Positions 1 through 13,100 of a stretch of DNA of 64,000 nucleotides are shown here, piece after piece. Under the pieces are notes generated by a model, which saw only the letters and a program-made list of their open reading frames with translations, did no database searches and was not told where the DNA came from. The position numbers and the translations under genes were made by a program. This stretch comes from Bugula neritina (Eukaryota > Animalia > Bryozoa), in contig OZ037770.1 in assembly GCA_964035545.1 (NCBI GenBank), positions 3,752,662-3,816,661 of the forward strand, written 5' to 3'. The stretch's first letter is position 1. Each line of letters starts with the position of its first letter.

Positions 1-428
1 AACCAGCATATGACATCCCAAGTCTTTGTGTGTTTCTTTTTTCACCTCAGTCTTCACTGTAGACAGCATTTCCTGAAAATTTGAAAATGTGTATATAACC
101 AATGATATAAATTTACTTTATTTTAAGTTGTCAAATGACTGTGATTTATGCAATGCAAACAAAAACTTTTCACATGATTCTACCTATCAAAAGACCAAAC
201 AGTGAAAAAAACCAACAAGCTCCAGAAATTTTGATGCAGTTGTAGAGAAATTCTAAAAACAATAAAAAAAACATACCTAATATAATGGATGTAAGAAATA
301 ATTTCATTTTGTTAAAATATTTTACATGCTTCAAAAATATTTGATTAAAGGACAAAAAAACATTATACATGAAAATTTACTTGATGGTCAAATAGTGTTC
401 GCGCATTACCTTCACCATAACAACATAC

Positions 429-599
429 CTCTGCCTTTAGATCTGTGTGTGTCTCAACATCAAACTTGAGAGATTTCAACATGACAGACATGTTCTCAAC
501 ATCAGCATCTGAACCTTCCCTGCATAAGTCTGGTCTTTCAACAAAGTTCTTGTTGTTTATTATCAGAGCTTTTCCTCTCTCTCTGGTCATACTGAACAC
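429..599 (-). CDS. Caspase (peptidase C14A) large-subunit first exon, copy 1; next caspase exon starts at 72 and leaves the window
   Basis: VFSMTRERGKALIINNKNF...REGSDADVENM...LKFDVETHTDL matches the caspase p20 N-terminal consensus (RGxALIINN, RxGxxxD). 171 nt, phase 0-0, ccag/gtatgt boundaries. Confidence 0.88.
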
Positions 600-2553
600 C
601 TGGATATAAATATAATTAGAGTATCACATACAGTAGTGACACACATGAGCCAAAGTTGAGAGTACATAAATAGTGGCATGCTTTCAAAATAAATAGTAAT
701 AGTTAATTTAGCTCTCAAGATGCCATATATGGTGCCTCCAATTTCTAGATCTGACAAAAAGCAGTAAAACACTCTCTTAATTGCAAAATCAATTTACATC
801 TTTATGCTAAAATTTAAATTTGTTACTTTTTAGGTATAACATGAACTAAGCAAACTTTTGTTTAAGACACCAGTTGTCATTTTTTCCAACAAAACATGTA
901 GTCAATTAGGTATGCTGGTTATTTTTACAAAATCATTCAGGATATTATTGAGATTACAAAATACGAGTTATTACACTGCATGATATTATATTATTGAAAA
1001 TAGTTTATATTTAGCATGAAGTTTTTACAAACCAATTATGTATTTGCAAGGCTGTAGAACGAAATAAAGACAATTTATGGGTATAATAAAATTTGTTTGC
1101 ATATAACACTTTGCTGATCTTAAAGTAGACCATGGTCTAATTTATGTAAACAGAATTTTCGAAACCAAACCATCTGCAAAACGTTTACCTAACTTTCAAA
1201 TACAATTGATCGCAATAGAAAATTATGGTAAATTCAACTTCAAGCTAAAAAGTCAGAAAAGAAATCATAATATAAAATGTTTGCCCCACTAGGATTACTC
1301 TATGGCTATATAGGAGTTACTGGGAAATCCCAATCTTTCATTCTAAGCAATTCTTTTGAACTCGATTTACAACTCCTTCAGTCTTCAGGTTCTCTTAGCC
1401 TCTCACCTCCTTAGAAGTACTGCTACTGCTACTACTACTTTTTACAAAAGGTCAAAAGAGCCCACAAAAATGCCTTTCCCGACGAGAATTCAAATGGCAG
1501 AAGTCGAGCTTTCAAGCATGCAAGGCAGGATAAACATTACACCACAAGGACTAATAAGTAATCTCTACACAACAGTTGCTTTCTAATCACGACAAGCAAT
1601 TGAACCCTAAACTAATAAAAGCAGAGCAGAAACTGTTATGGTGAAACCAAAACATCTAAGCATAGTAAAATGATGGAAGTGGAAAATTTGCATGCATTCA
1701 GATCAATTGATTTTTAAATCTAATTGAACTGCACATAACAATCTCAGTAAAAGAAGTTTTTAGAAACCGAAGTACTCTAATTGGTGGAAAAAGGAGAGCT
1801 GCTATAACTTATGTTCATCAGCTGATAAACTCACCTTGTCAGTTTTTGAGAAGAGTTGTTTTATCCTTGCATTGTTGGTTGGCTTTAGTTCAAGTTGTAC
1901 CAACTTCATGTCTTCATCATTCCCTTCATCAGGGTACAGATTGTCATCATCTTCAGAGAAATCACTCATATTATCATCATCAAATTCATCTGCAGTCATA
2001 TGGTTAGACAGATTATCGTCAACATTTGAAATCGTAGACTGCGTATCTCGCCTAGTCAACAGAAGCTGGAGCAAATAATTTTAAAAGAAACAATTAGACA
2101 TGATTTGCAGATAATTGTAAGGCAAAATTTGCAAACCCTATTATTTTACTAATAATGTGGGTTTGAAAATTTAGTCCTGTCTAAAAATTTTACCATTTGA
2201 TTTGTTCTGCTCTCTTCGAACTTTGAGCTCAGAAAGAAATTTCTTCAATTGATTTGTTTCTGCTTCAGACAAAGTCTCACCTGAGTAAAATAGACATAAT
2301 TAGTAACATTAAAACTGGATGAGAGGCATTAGAAAAATATGAGACATAATCAAAAGCTCATGTATCAAGTTTATACTTTATAAGTCAGCCTAGAAGTTCA
2401 ATAAAGTAGCTGTGTAGTGTGCTAATGTCCATCTAGCTGCTATTGAAATTCATCAATGCATGAAAAAACAGTAGATACGTTTTGATAGTGCAAGAAATTA
2501 TTTAAAAACATTTGGGCAAACCAATCAAAATTGAATCATAGTTGTAAACATAC

Positions 2554-4559
2554 ATGGATGAATTAGAGCACTGGGTATCTCTTCATCGTTACACAATATC
2601 TTTGAAGATCCATGACACTTCTTGACATTTGGTGGCAGTTGGTTTTTTGGAGAACGGAGACACCATTTAGGATGCAAAAGCTTTTTAGGGCAAGAAACCC
2701 CCAGTAGCATGCAGTGAGCACAGATGCAGGCAGTAACTGGTCGACTAGCAGTCTAAGTTCCCATCACATGTCTGAGAATGTTGTTTGTGGCTGAAATGAG
2801 TTTTTCCCACATCCTTGGAATGTGAGGAGCATCGGATGACACATAGAGTAAGACTCTTCTAGAATCATAATCATGTGTCAGCTGTGTGTATGTCTCATCT
2901 TGAAAGACATTAGCTCCATTTCTCTTCACCTTCATTGTAGCAAACTCTTTAGAAAACAGTTCTAGCAAACCAACTGTCATTTGATGGTAGACATGCTGCG
3001 GTAAAGCCAGGCCCTTAAACTTTATCTCAGTGTGAAGGGCCATTTCTTTTGGTGAGGTGTATGACACACCTTGATGTTCCTTAGCAAACTGAGGGATGAT
3101 GAAGCACGGTTCATGGACATGATTTTCCAGAGGGCCATACAACAAACGGAATGTTTTAAGCAAGCAAAGAGCAGTTTCAACATCATGGGAGCTTTTGAAT
3201 AATGTTTCCTTTGCGATCAAATATGTTAGAAGAGATTTCATCATCAAGCCTGTTGTTTTGAAGCAATTCACAGACTCTTCAAACTCTTCTATTTCAATTC
3301 TCAACCCTTCTTCGGAAATGTATGATTGGAATTGATCAACTCTTTTCTGCCAGATTTCTGGGTCATGATGGTACAAGACACATAGTAGTTTAGTAACTTC
3401 TGTGATCTTGTGAAATATGTATGGTTTGAGTGCTTCAATATTTTTATACCAGAGAACTTTACCGCAGTCATGCATGTATGTGAGAATCGTATCTAGCTGA
3501 TGTGGCTCAACCTCAATACCTTCTTTTCTCAATTCTAGCAGAATAAATGAAAAAGAGCTGAAACCTCTGGTTGAAGACAAAACTTTCTTATTCACTTCTT
3601 CCCAGATCAGTGGCAAAAGCTTTACAAAGTGCTGACTACTTAGAAGGAGCGAGCTCTTTATCATTTCAAACTCAGCATACTTGTCATCCTTTCCAATCTC
3701 ATAAATATCTTCACTGGCAAAAACCTTTCCATTTGATGAATTGAAATGCTGTATTTTCGAGAAATCTCCATCTGAACTTTTCTCTTCATTGAGAACTTCT
3801 TTGCACAGCTGTTCAGATATGCTAAGAAAGCTTTCTTTAAGCTGTTGAAACTGTTCACTTTGGAACTTATCCTTGTGTGTGAAGACAAGCTTAGGTGGGC
3901 CAAGAGTAGGATGGGAGAGATAGAGGTGAGACATGAAGTCAAAGGCCAACTTTCTGACAGCTTCTTTCTTTGTAAACTCATTTGAAATCTGATCATACTG
4001 CTTCATGTTGACTACAATTACCGGTACACAATTCTGTCTCAGTGTTAAATGGTATGTGATATGATAGACCTCCTGGCCTCCCATATCTATGAGACGAAGA
4101 GTTGTACCATCCACTTCCACCTCTTCCACATTAAACACCTTCGTCATCTCATCATGCTCTGCATTCGAACTTCTGTCAGTCAGAACTCTCTTCCTGTCAG
4201 TGCTCTGTAATGTTCGAATTAGACTGGTTTTACCTGCCATGGTGTTCCCCAACACTGCTATTGTAGCAAATGGAAGATTTCTACCAGCACCTTTAGCAAA
4301 GTCTGTGTAGTATTGTTGCACGGCATCTAGTCCTCTTTCACAGACTTCCAGTGGAGGAGATGTAAGAGCATTGCAACTAAATATATCCAGTGTACGAAGA
4401 CGTGTTAGTTGTAGTATCTCAGGTTTCAAGGATGTCATGGAACTGTTTTTGGATATATTCAGTATGTGCAGATTACTCAATGCACACACTGGAGATGGTA
4501 GTTTGGTGAATTTATTGAAAGATATGTCTAGTGTCTGTAACTTTTGTAGATTTTGTATC
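2554..4559 (-). CDS. 2006-nt exon: 3 terminal LRRs + Roc GTPase + COR, copy 1 (interrupted by TAG at 2753-2755)
   Basis: P-loop GNTMAGKTS, DMGGQ (G3), THKD (G4), COR motif LTYMHDCGKVLWY. Same length as the copy 2 exon. Confidence 0.88.
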
Positions 4560-5084
4560 CTAATAATATATTATATTCATATTATCAGCACATACTAGAG
4601 GTAAGTGAGATCTAATTATAGCTGTCATAAATCTATAATGATAGTGAAGCAATTATACACAGAATGTAGACAAATGAAGTGGCAATGACTACAGTGACCT
4701 TATTGTATAAAGCTCTGTAAAGTAGTATGGGATATAATTGCAATTCTATAAGTTTCTTTTATTGATATTCTCACAATTATCAAGTAGTATTTTTATATTC
4801 CAAAGCATTTACAATACTACAACTACAATGATTTGGTAAAAGAGATTAAAGAAGTATTTTACTGTCACAATTCATAATGCTTCCATAAAAAATGTTGTTT
4901 TATATAACATATAGTTGAGTATAACTGCTTACACTGACATTTTATTAGATATGTGTAGTATATATTATAAATATGTACTATATATAATGCAGTAGGAGAG
5001 GTATGAACACCATAATGTAGTTTAACTGTGTTGACTATTCTGCTGAAATTGTTTTAAATGGTAAGTTTATTGTGACACACAAAC

Positions 5085-7254
5085 CTCTCAGGTAGAGTAG
5101 ATAATTCACATATCCCCATATCCAACTCTTTAAGTGATGTGAGTGATAACACAACTTCTGGTATTGTGTTGAGAGGATTACATCTTATGTCTAGTTTCTC
5201 TAACTGAGTCAGCTGACACAGACTGTAATATAAAGTGTATGATATATATGCAGTCTGCATTACTATATTATTTTATACTATATTCACATTTTGTTTTCAA
5301 CCAGGTAAAACTATATACAACTCAACTACCAAGAAACTTACTGTAGCATTGTACATGCAGAGCATGAGAAGTTAACAGTTTATTATAATAGTATACAAGT
5401 ATTCAATTATTATATATACTCAGTACATGAATACTAATCAACTATACAACTTCTTACTATTATTTACATTTTTATATCACAAGAATATATAATGGCATAC
5501 CTTAAAATTGCGTTATTTTCACAATATTACAGACCATATTTTATATAGAGTTCAAAAAAATTGCATTTCACATATTCTTCAATCATACAATAACATACCA
5601 TAATACTACTTGGTAAGCATATAAAGATGTCAAATATAGAATGTTTCAAACAATACAAAAATATTGTGACACAAACCTCTCAAGTAGAGTAGATAATTTA
5701 CATATCCCCATATCCAACTCTTTAAGTGATGTGAGTGATGACACAACTTCTGGTACTGTGTTGAGAGGATTACTTCCTATGTATAGTTTCTCTAACTGAG
5801 TCAGCTGACATAGGCTGTAATATAAAGTGTATGATATATGTAGTCCTCATTACTATAATATTTTATACTATATTCACATTTTGTTTTCAACCAGGTAAAA
5901 CTATATACAACTCAACTACCAAGCAACTTATTGTAGCATTGTACATGCAGAGCATGAGAAGTTAACAGTTTATTATAATAGTATACAAGTATTCAATTAT
6001 TATATATACTCAGTGTGTGAATACTAATCAACTATACAACTGCTTACTATTATTTACATTCTATAGCACAAGAATATATAATGGCATACTTTAAATTATG
6101 TTATTTTCACAATATTACAGACCATATTTCATATAGAATTCAAAAAAATTGCATTTCACTCAATAATTTATCAATTATATAATGACATGCCCTAATTATA
6201 CTTGGTAAGAAATTATTTTATGATTTCAAGTATTAAATGCTTCAAGCAACACAAAAACTGTGACACACAAACCTCTCAGGTAGAGTAGATAATTTACAGT
6301 TCCCTATATTCAACTCTTTAAGTGATGTGAGTGTTGACACAACTTCTGGTACTGTGTTGAGAGGATTCCCTCCTATGTCTAGTTTCTCTAACTGAGTCAG
6401 CTGACATAGACTATATAAACATACAGTGTTTGATATATTTAGTTTCACTTATACAGAGTACAATTACTAGAGTTACTATAGATACCACATGATGATGAGG
6501 AATAAAAAACTATACTATCAATTTATTCCTTCTTAACAGATCTATTTAAAGTACCATATACTATCATAACGCTTGACTACTAGGTAGAAGTATAACAGTT
6601 TATTATAATAGTACACAAGTATTTATTTTCAAACTCACTGAATACAATATAATAAACGAGAAATTAATGCTTACTATTAAATACATTTTTATAGCACAAC
6701 AATATATAATGGCATATAACTTTAAAATTGTGTTATTCCCACAATACTATAAACCAATGCATATATATGTGTGTAACTTTAAAACATGGCATTTCAAATT
6801 TTTCAATTATACAATGGCATACCATAATAACACTTAAGGTAAGCATTTGAAGTTGTCACATATCGATTGTTTAAAACAAAACAAAAATTCTTACTATTAT
6901 TTACATTTTTATATCACAAGAATATATATTGGCATACTTAAAATTATGTTATTTTCACAATATTACAGACATTATTTCATATAGAATTAATAAATTGCAT
7001 ATTTCACATATTTTTCAATTTTATAATGACATAACCTAATTATACTTGGTAAGGAACTATTTTACGATTTCAAGTATTAAATGTTTCAAACAATACAAAA
7101 ACTGGGACAAACAAACCTCTTAGGGAGAGTAGATAATTCACAGCTACTCATATACAACTCTTTAAGTGATGTGAGTGATGACACAACCTTTGGTACTATC
7201 TTGAGAAGATTCCAGCTTATGTCTAGTTTCTCTAACTGAGTCAGCTTACATAAA
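5085..7254 (-). CDS. Array of four 138-nt LRR exons (two 23-aa LRRs each), copy 1
   Basis: Exons 7254-7117, 6410-6273, 5814-5677 and 5222-5085 are each flanked by yag and gtttgt and are phase 2-2. Consensus LCQLTQLEKLxIxxNPLNTVPEVVSSLTSLKELxMxxCxLSTLPER. The exon at 5677-5814 is not in the ORF track and was read by hand. Confidence 0.9.
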
Positions 7255-8007
7255 CTGTAATATAAAGTGTGTAATATATGCATATATTACACACTTTATA
7301 TTACAGTCTAGACTACATGTAGTCTCTTGTATCATATATTGACATATTCTGTACTCAGCTATAATGTAAAATATGTAGCAAACAATTTTGTTGAGACAGG
7401 GTAAGCAGCAAAAAAATGCTATTATGCCATGTTATAGGTGTAATGGGTGCCCTGTGTATAATTGAGTGATTAGATGTATATGTATATAGACATCCTGTTA
7501 GTTTAATAGATAAGGGCTACTCTACAATGTAATGCTAATATATAGTATGATTTATAATAATAAATGGTTTAATTTATTATAGCTAGTCTGACACAAATTA
7601 GCATGTATTTAATATTCCAAAAATGTTTTATTTTTAAGTATATGGCTACATATATAATATGCTTATATATATTATGTATTGCAGATAAAAACCTTCTGTA
7701 TAACCCTACATGTATACATGTACTGCAATAATATTATGTTACTTCTGTAAATTCAACTACATAAAACATGTTTTAATTTATGATGGCATGTGTAACACTA
7801 CATACAGTTTTCCACTGTCTAATTTCTACAACTTGTTCAGCTGGTAGAGATACAATGTTATACATATTACTATAGCTTTATATAGTGAATGATTACATCA
7901 TGAGTAAGAATATACTTCAGCATTGACTCAGACACATCGTGCGTGACAATTATCACAACTAAACTCATTTAACATTTACACAGCTATCATAATAGACATG
8001 CACTCAC

Positions 8008-8230
8008 TTGTTTAGACTTGCTCTGTCAGTCAGGTTAGAAACACGTAGACGCAGGGCTTCACCAGCAATGTTGTTTGGAATATTCCCTTTCAGTTTAAGA
8101 TCTGTGATATGATAACTCCCAATTTCATGTTTCACCTTAGCAGTAGTATATGACTTGGTATTAGCATACTGTACACCTGACCAGCTTACAGGAGGCTGTC
8201 CAGAATGTCTGAACCAGATTTCCATCTTCT
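8008..8230 (-). CDS. N-terminal cap exon of the ROCO-caspase gene, copy 1
   Basis: ORF MEIWFRHSGQPP...ITDLKLKGN...SLN ends at AA|gtgagt, phase 2, matching the LRR exons. Acceptor ttacag joins in frame to ATG GCA ACA GAT G (9147-9135). Confidence 0.7.
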
Positions 8231-8304
8231 CTGTAACATCATACAGTGACAGTGTGATTATTACACAGTGCTAGCAGGTGATGTCTGTCATTCTGAAACC
8301 TGTC

Positions 8305-8422
<118 letters not shown>

Positions 8423-9339
8423 TCATTTGCTGTGTTAGTTACCATAGCTATATATTATAGACATGTTTGGCTGCTTTAGGTTTATGAAAGTAAAATCTGC
8501 AAATTTAAAATGATCTCTAATTTCCTGAAAACAACTGCTTTGTGTAGAATCTTTGAAATTATGCTGCTTTGGTTTCAATAAAGACTCTTTTAAATAATGT
8601 TGACATATATTCTACATTGCATAAATATATAAAGACATCTCAAAATCATATGAATTTAAAGCAGCCAAAAAACCACTGAATTATTATTTCACATCCACGC
8701 ATGCACAAAAAAGGTACAAATATCAACATCAAGTTAAAACTTTCTATATCCGACACTGCATACTTTCTACCCTATGAGTCACACAGCCAATGTTTACAGG
8801 ATGATTCTAGAAACACATGGACTAGTATATAGTTAGAACACTTTCTGATAGTGAGATATAAAGAACTGATTATTTGAATGTTACTCATATTTTTACTATG
8901 GAAACAAGCAAACCATAGAAAAGTTTTTAAAAACTCTTGTCTCAATAGGTAAAACTTTTACTAGTCTTGCTAAAATGAGATTCATACCCATGCAGAGCTG
9001 GTTTTGTTCATACCTATATTCAAATAAATGCTAAGTATTGTCTAAATACAAATAGTAACAACCAGTAGATAACTTTGGTTGAAAGCAAAACTTGTAACTT
9101 GGCTTTTCAACAAAAATTTATTAAAACAACTCACCATCTGTTGCCATGGTTACTAAAGTTTTTACTGCTGATTTATTTCAATTCTGTAAATCTGAAGGTT
9201 GGTAGCTCCACCTGTACAACAGGTATAAAATAAAAAGTATTATATAAATCATTGCTACATAGAATATACCAATGTACATGCCGATTTCTATAAGGAGTAG
9301 ATGTATAATCAGTCAAGAAAAATAAACTTAAGTAAACCA

Positions 9340-9600
9340 TAGGTATTTACTTATGTATGTATTTATGTATGTAGGTATTTAGGTATGTACGAAGTTAGGA
9401 ATGTAATACGTCTATAGGTATGTATGTATTTATGTATGTATGTATTCATGTATGTAGGTATTTAGGTGTATAGGTATTTAAGTATGCAGCTATGTGGGTA
9501 TTTAGGAATGTATGTATTTAGGTATATGTATATATATTTAGTTGTGTATGTATTTAGGTATGTAGGTATTTAGGTATGTAGGTATCTGGGTGGGTATGTA
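9340..9600. repeat. Degenerate TATGTA/GGTATTTA simple repeat (also ~50702-50962)
   Basis: Direct reading. Confidence 0.8.
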
Positions 9601-10120
9601 AGTCTGCAAACTCTTACTGACACAGTATACAGCTGCCTACTCGGTCACCTTAATTGTAGGAGGGAACTAGGTAACTCATCTGGCTGGACTGTGTGACAAC
9701 AGATATGACTTTGAATCAATACTTTGTATATCTCTGTCTCACTGCAATATGAATAATTTACAAATTGTACTGAAGTCTTAAAATGAGTGTAATAAAAATA
9801 TTCATACGCTGAATTATCATTTTATATCCATGCATGCACAAAAAAAGTACAAATATCAAAATCGAGTTAAATCTTTCTATATCTGACACTGCATACTTCC
9901 TACCCTATAATCACTTTATATAATATTATATGCTCAACTAACAATTGATGAAATTTGCAGACCTAAAAAATAATATATTGGCTGCGATATTATATGTATC
10001 TGCCAATATTATGTACTTTAAATAGTAAACTATTTAATAGTCAACAGTTAATTCTATACCTATTCTAATAATTTGGTCGATTTTGAACAATTAAGTAGAA
10101 AACATAACTCCTTGTATTAT

Positions 10121-13100
10121 AGAGAAGAGATTGTCTTGAAATGTGTAGAAATAACTTTATTGTAGATAGCCATCTCTAAGAGTTGTATATATCCAGCAAG
10201 CTCCAGCTGTAGAATGACTCTAAACACTGCGAGCTTGCACGCTTATAAACTCAGGAAACAATCCTTCCAGAAAATTCTACCAATCTTCGACCAAAAATAG
10301 GTCATGTCAAGTGTGCCGGAGTCTCCGATAGGATGCTGACACTCTGACATGACCAATATTGGTCACGTCAGACATGTCGGAGGTTCGACATGCCTGGTCT
10401 CAGACGAAGACCGGTTTACAGCATACGAAATTAAAGTTGAGAAAAAAGTTAGGCTAAATAATAGTAAAGTTAAAGACAACTCCAAAAATTTCCCGACTCA
10501 ACCTCCATCGAAAAGTATCTTTTTTTGATAACTAGCAAAAATGACACACAGTGAAATGAAATGTATACAATAAAATATAATAAAATAACTAAAGTATATA
10601 CACGTCACAATGCAAAGAAATGAAGTCACACATATATGTATAATAAAATAAAACCAAATACACAAGCTACTACCAAATTAAATAACAAATTAGGTGAGAA
10701 TATTGTTCATACATATATACAATAGTACATAGCATTGTCGCCTCTCTCCATCGGCCGTATAAGCTGAGACACTTGGTCTACATGGGGGGCTACATCTGCT
10801 GCCATGGTAGCTTGATGTTTTTTGACTTCTTCCCCAGTGTTGTTGTTGTTGTTTGCTCGGGCACCGGACTGCCGTTCACCTGAGACAGAGTAGAGGTTGC
10901 CCGGCAGGCTAAAAACCCAAGAACAAAAGCTACCTGTTTGTGGGGTTCCCCACGTGTGGCAAGATCGAGTTGCAGAAGTCGAGGAAAATATGCTGACTGG
11001 GTGATGGTCGCTGGGGTGTTTTCGTTTTTGGTCTTCCTAATTTTCGGCCGACAGGCCAGAAACCAAAAAGCAAGAACTGCCTGTTGGTGGGGCTCTTTAC
11101 ATGTGACAAGATTAGCTCCCTGAACTCGGAGAAGATGGCTTCATCAACCACAAAGACCTTGCCCATGTGGCAACAGGCTATGTTCTGGTGGGCAGTATAT
11201 ATTTCTGTTGGTATGAATACTCACCGCATGGTGAAATGCTGAGGGATCACGTGCAGTCTAAGTCTCCGGTGGATGGAAAACCTCCTTCTACACTACTCAC
11301 CACACGTTCAGTCAATCCGGAGCCGTGTCTCACTGGTTGTCCAGTGCTGCTGCGAGGTGGACAGCCTGAGTAGCTTTAAGACCTGACTGTACTCCTCTAT
11401 GCCATCAGGTTGGTTAGTGCTAGCTGTCCCACTACCTAGGATTGTCTGTTCCTTTCCCGCAGACTGTTGCAGGTCTACGGGGTGGAGGACATACTCATCT
11501 GCAATGACACGGGGGCTGTAACCATCTGGGAAAAACCTTTTGGGCTGTTATTAACCATGCAAGGGTTCTGCAAAAAGTAAGATTAAATACGACTTCATCC
11601 TGCATCTTCACAATTCATATTTGACTCTAAGAGAGAAGGCAGAGACCGATTGAGGCCAATCTCATTGTTGCAGAAATTTATCATTTGTTTGTATGGTGCC
11701 CTCATACACACAGGTAGCTCAGTCATACCTAGAAAAGTTGTTAATCCCACCTCCTAATTTAGAAGGTAATCATGAAGAGGCTCCTCTTTGAGTTCTACCA
11801 GAGCATCCTCACAGTCCACCAACTCAGTTTCAATTCAACTGATTGTTCACTGATTACTGTAAGGCGTGCTAGATTCCAAAGATAGAGGATCTAGCCCAAA
11901 AGAAATACCTGGCTGACTAGAGCTGGTGGTTTTTTGAGTAAATCTGATGCTGTGGCAATAGTCATCAAAAAAACATGTCTGTTCAATGTGGAGTCTTGAG
12001 TTGAAATGCCCGAACCGTGTGTTATCAGGTGTTCATCTGACAACCCTACGATTGCGCACTTTGGACTGATATTTTTCCAGAGCGCTCCACTCAATAAATG
12101 TGGTTGGGCAAGACATCCAGCACCCAGTAAGGTCAAACGAACTTGAGCTGAAGCTCATCTGACTGTCCACAACACCTAAGATAACTGATCAATCAAACCT
12201 CGTCTCCTACTCGTTAGGAAGTCACCCACCATTTACGGAGGAGACGTCCTCCAAGTCTCCTATCGGCGCCTTCTATTGATTCTCCTGCCAAACTTCATGG
12301 GCTGTACTTATCCTCTCTATCAGTTTCTCCATATACGTATGTAGTGGGTACTTGAGCACTGGAACATGGTATATCAGATGCGCGGGAACCCTGGTTTCTC
12401 TGGCAAGCATCAAAAGGTTCAGGGGCTTCTGTGTGCTAAAGTGGGGCATGCTGCGGTAGGCCCGCATGATTTGTGGCAGCACCGCATTCAATCCGTTTGA
12501 CTCCTGCTTAAGTTTAGGCTCATGAGGGCATCACGCGATATCCTGTTGTTGAGTTCCACAATTCCGTTCACTTGCAGATGATATAAATTCTTTGCTCCAG
12601 TTCACCCCCTTTATCTAGCAGAGGTAACCCATTAGTTGGGACTGAAACAGGGTACCCTGGTTTGTATGAATATTTTCTGGTAACCTAAAATAACAAAACA
12701 CATGTAGGTCCAGAGCCTTAGCCATTGTGGGGGCTGACGTGTCTTGAATAGCCTGTGCGTCTGCCCACTGGCTGAAGTGGTCTGTGAGAACCAGTACCCA
12801 GGTGTTATCTCTGTCAAATAACAGCATAGGACCGACTAAGTTTACCCCCGATTTTTGCCACAGTCGACAGGCATACAGCTGCGTTAACTAGTGTAGCCAA
12901 CTGAGGACCTGCTCCATGAGTCATTGGAAAGTTGCCGGGGCAGCCAATTATCCACATGACAGTACTCTCCAGTTTCACAGCCTATCAATCATGGGCAATG
13001 AATGCTGCCTGTTGCGTAGGGTCAGAACAGAGAGGTATTTGCCAGCACTCACTCAGCAAATCAAAGTACTCAAGTACTTGGTTCCTGCAAGGTATCCAAA

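Noticed and set aside
363-599. Caspase exons as a stand-alone caspase gene
   Set aside because: The exon begins at a phase-0 acceptor matching the donor of the upstream acidic exon, no separate prodomain or start is evident, and the COR-side exons have no in-frame terminator in copy 2. Formal proof still needs cDNA.
1990-2074. 5' part of ORF 1802-2074 (and 38902-39132) as coding
   Set aside because: The only phase-compatible acceptor conserved in both copies is at 1989/39086, preceded by a CTAAC/CTAAT branch-like motif; copy 2 has an in-frame TAG further upstream.
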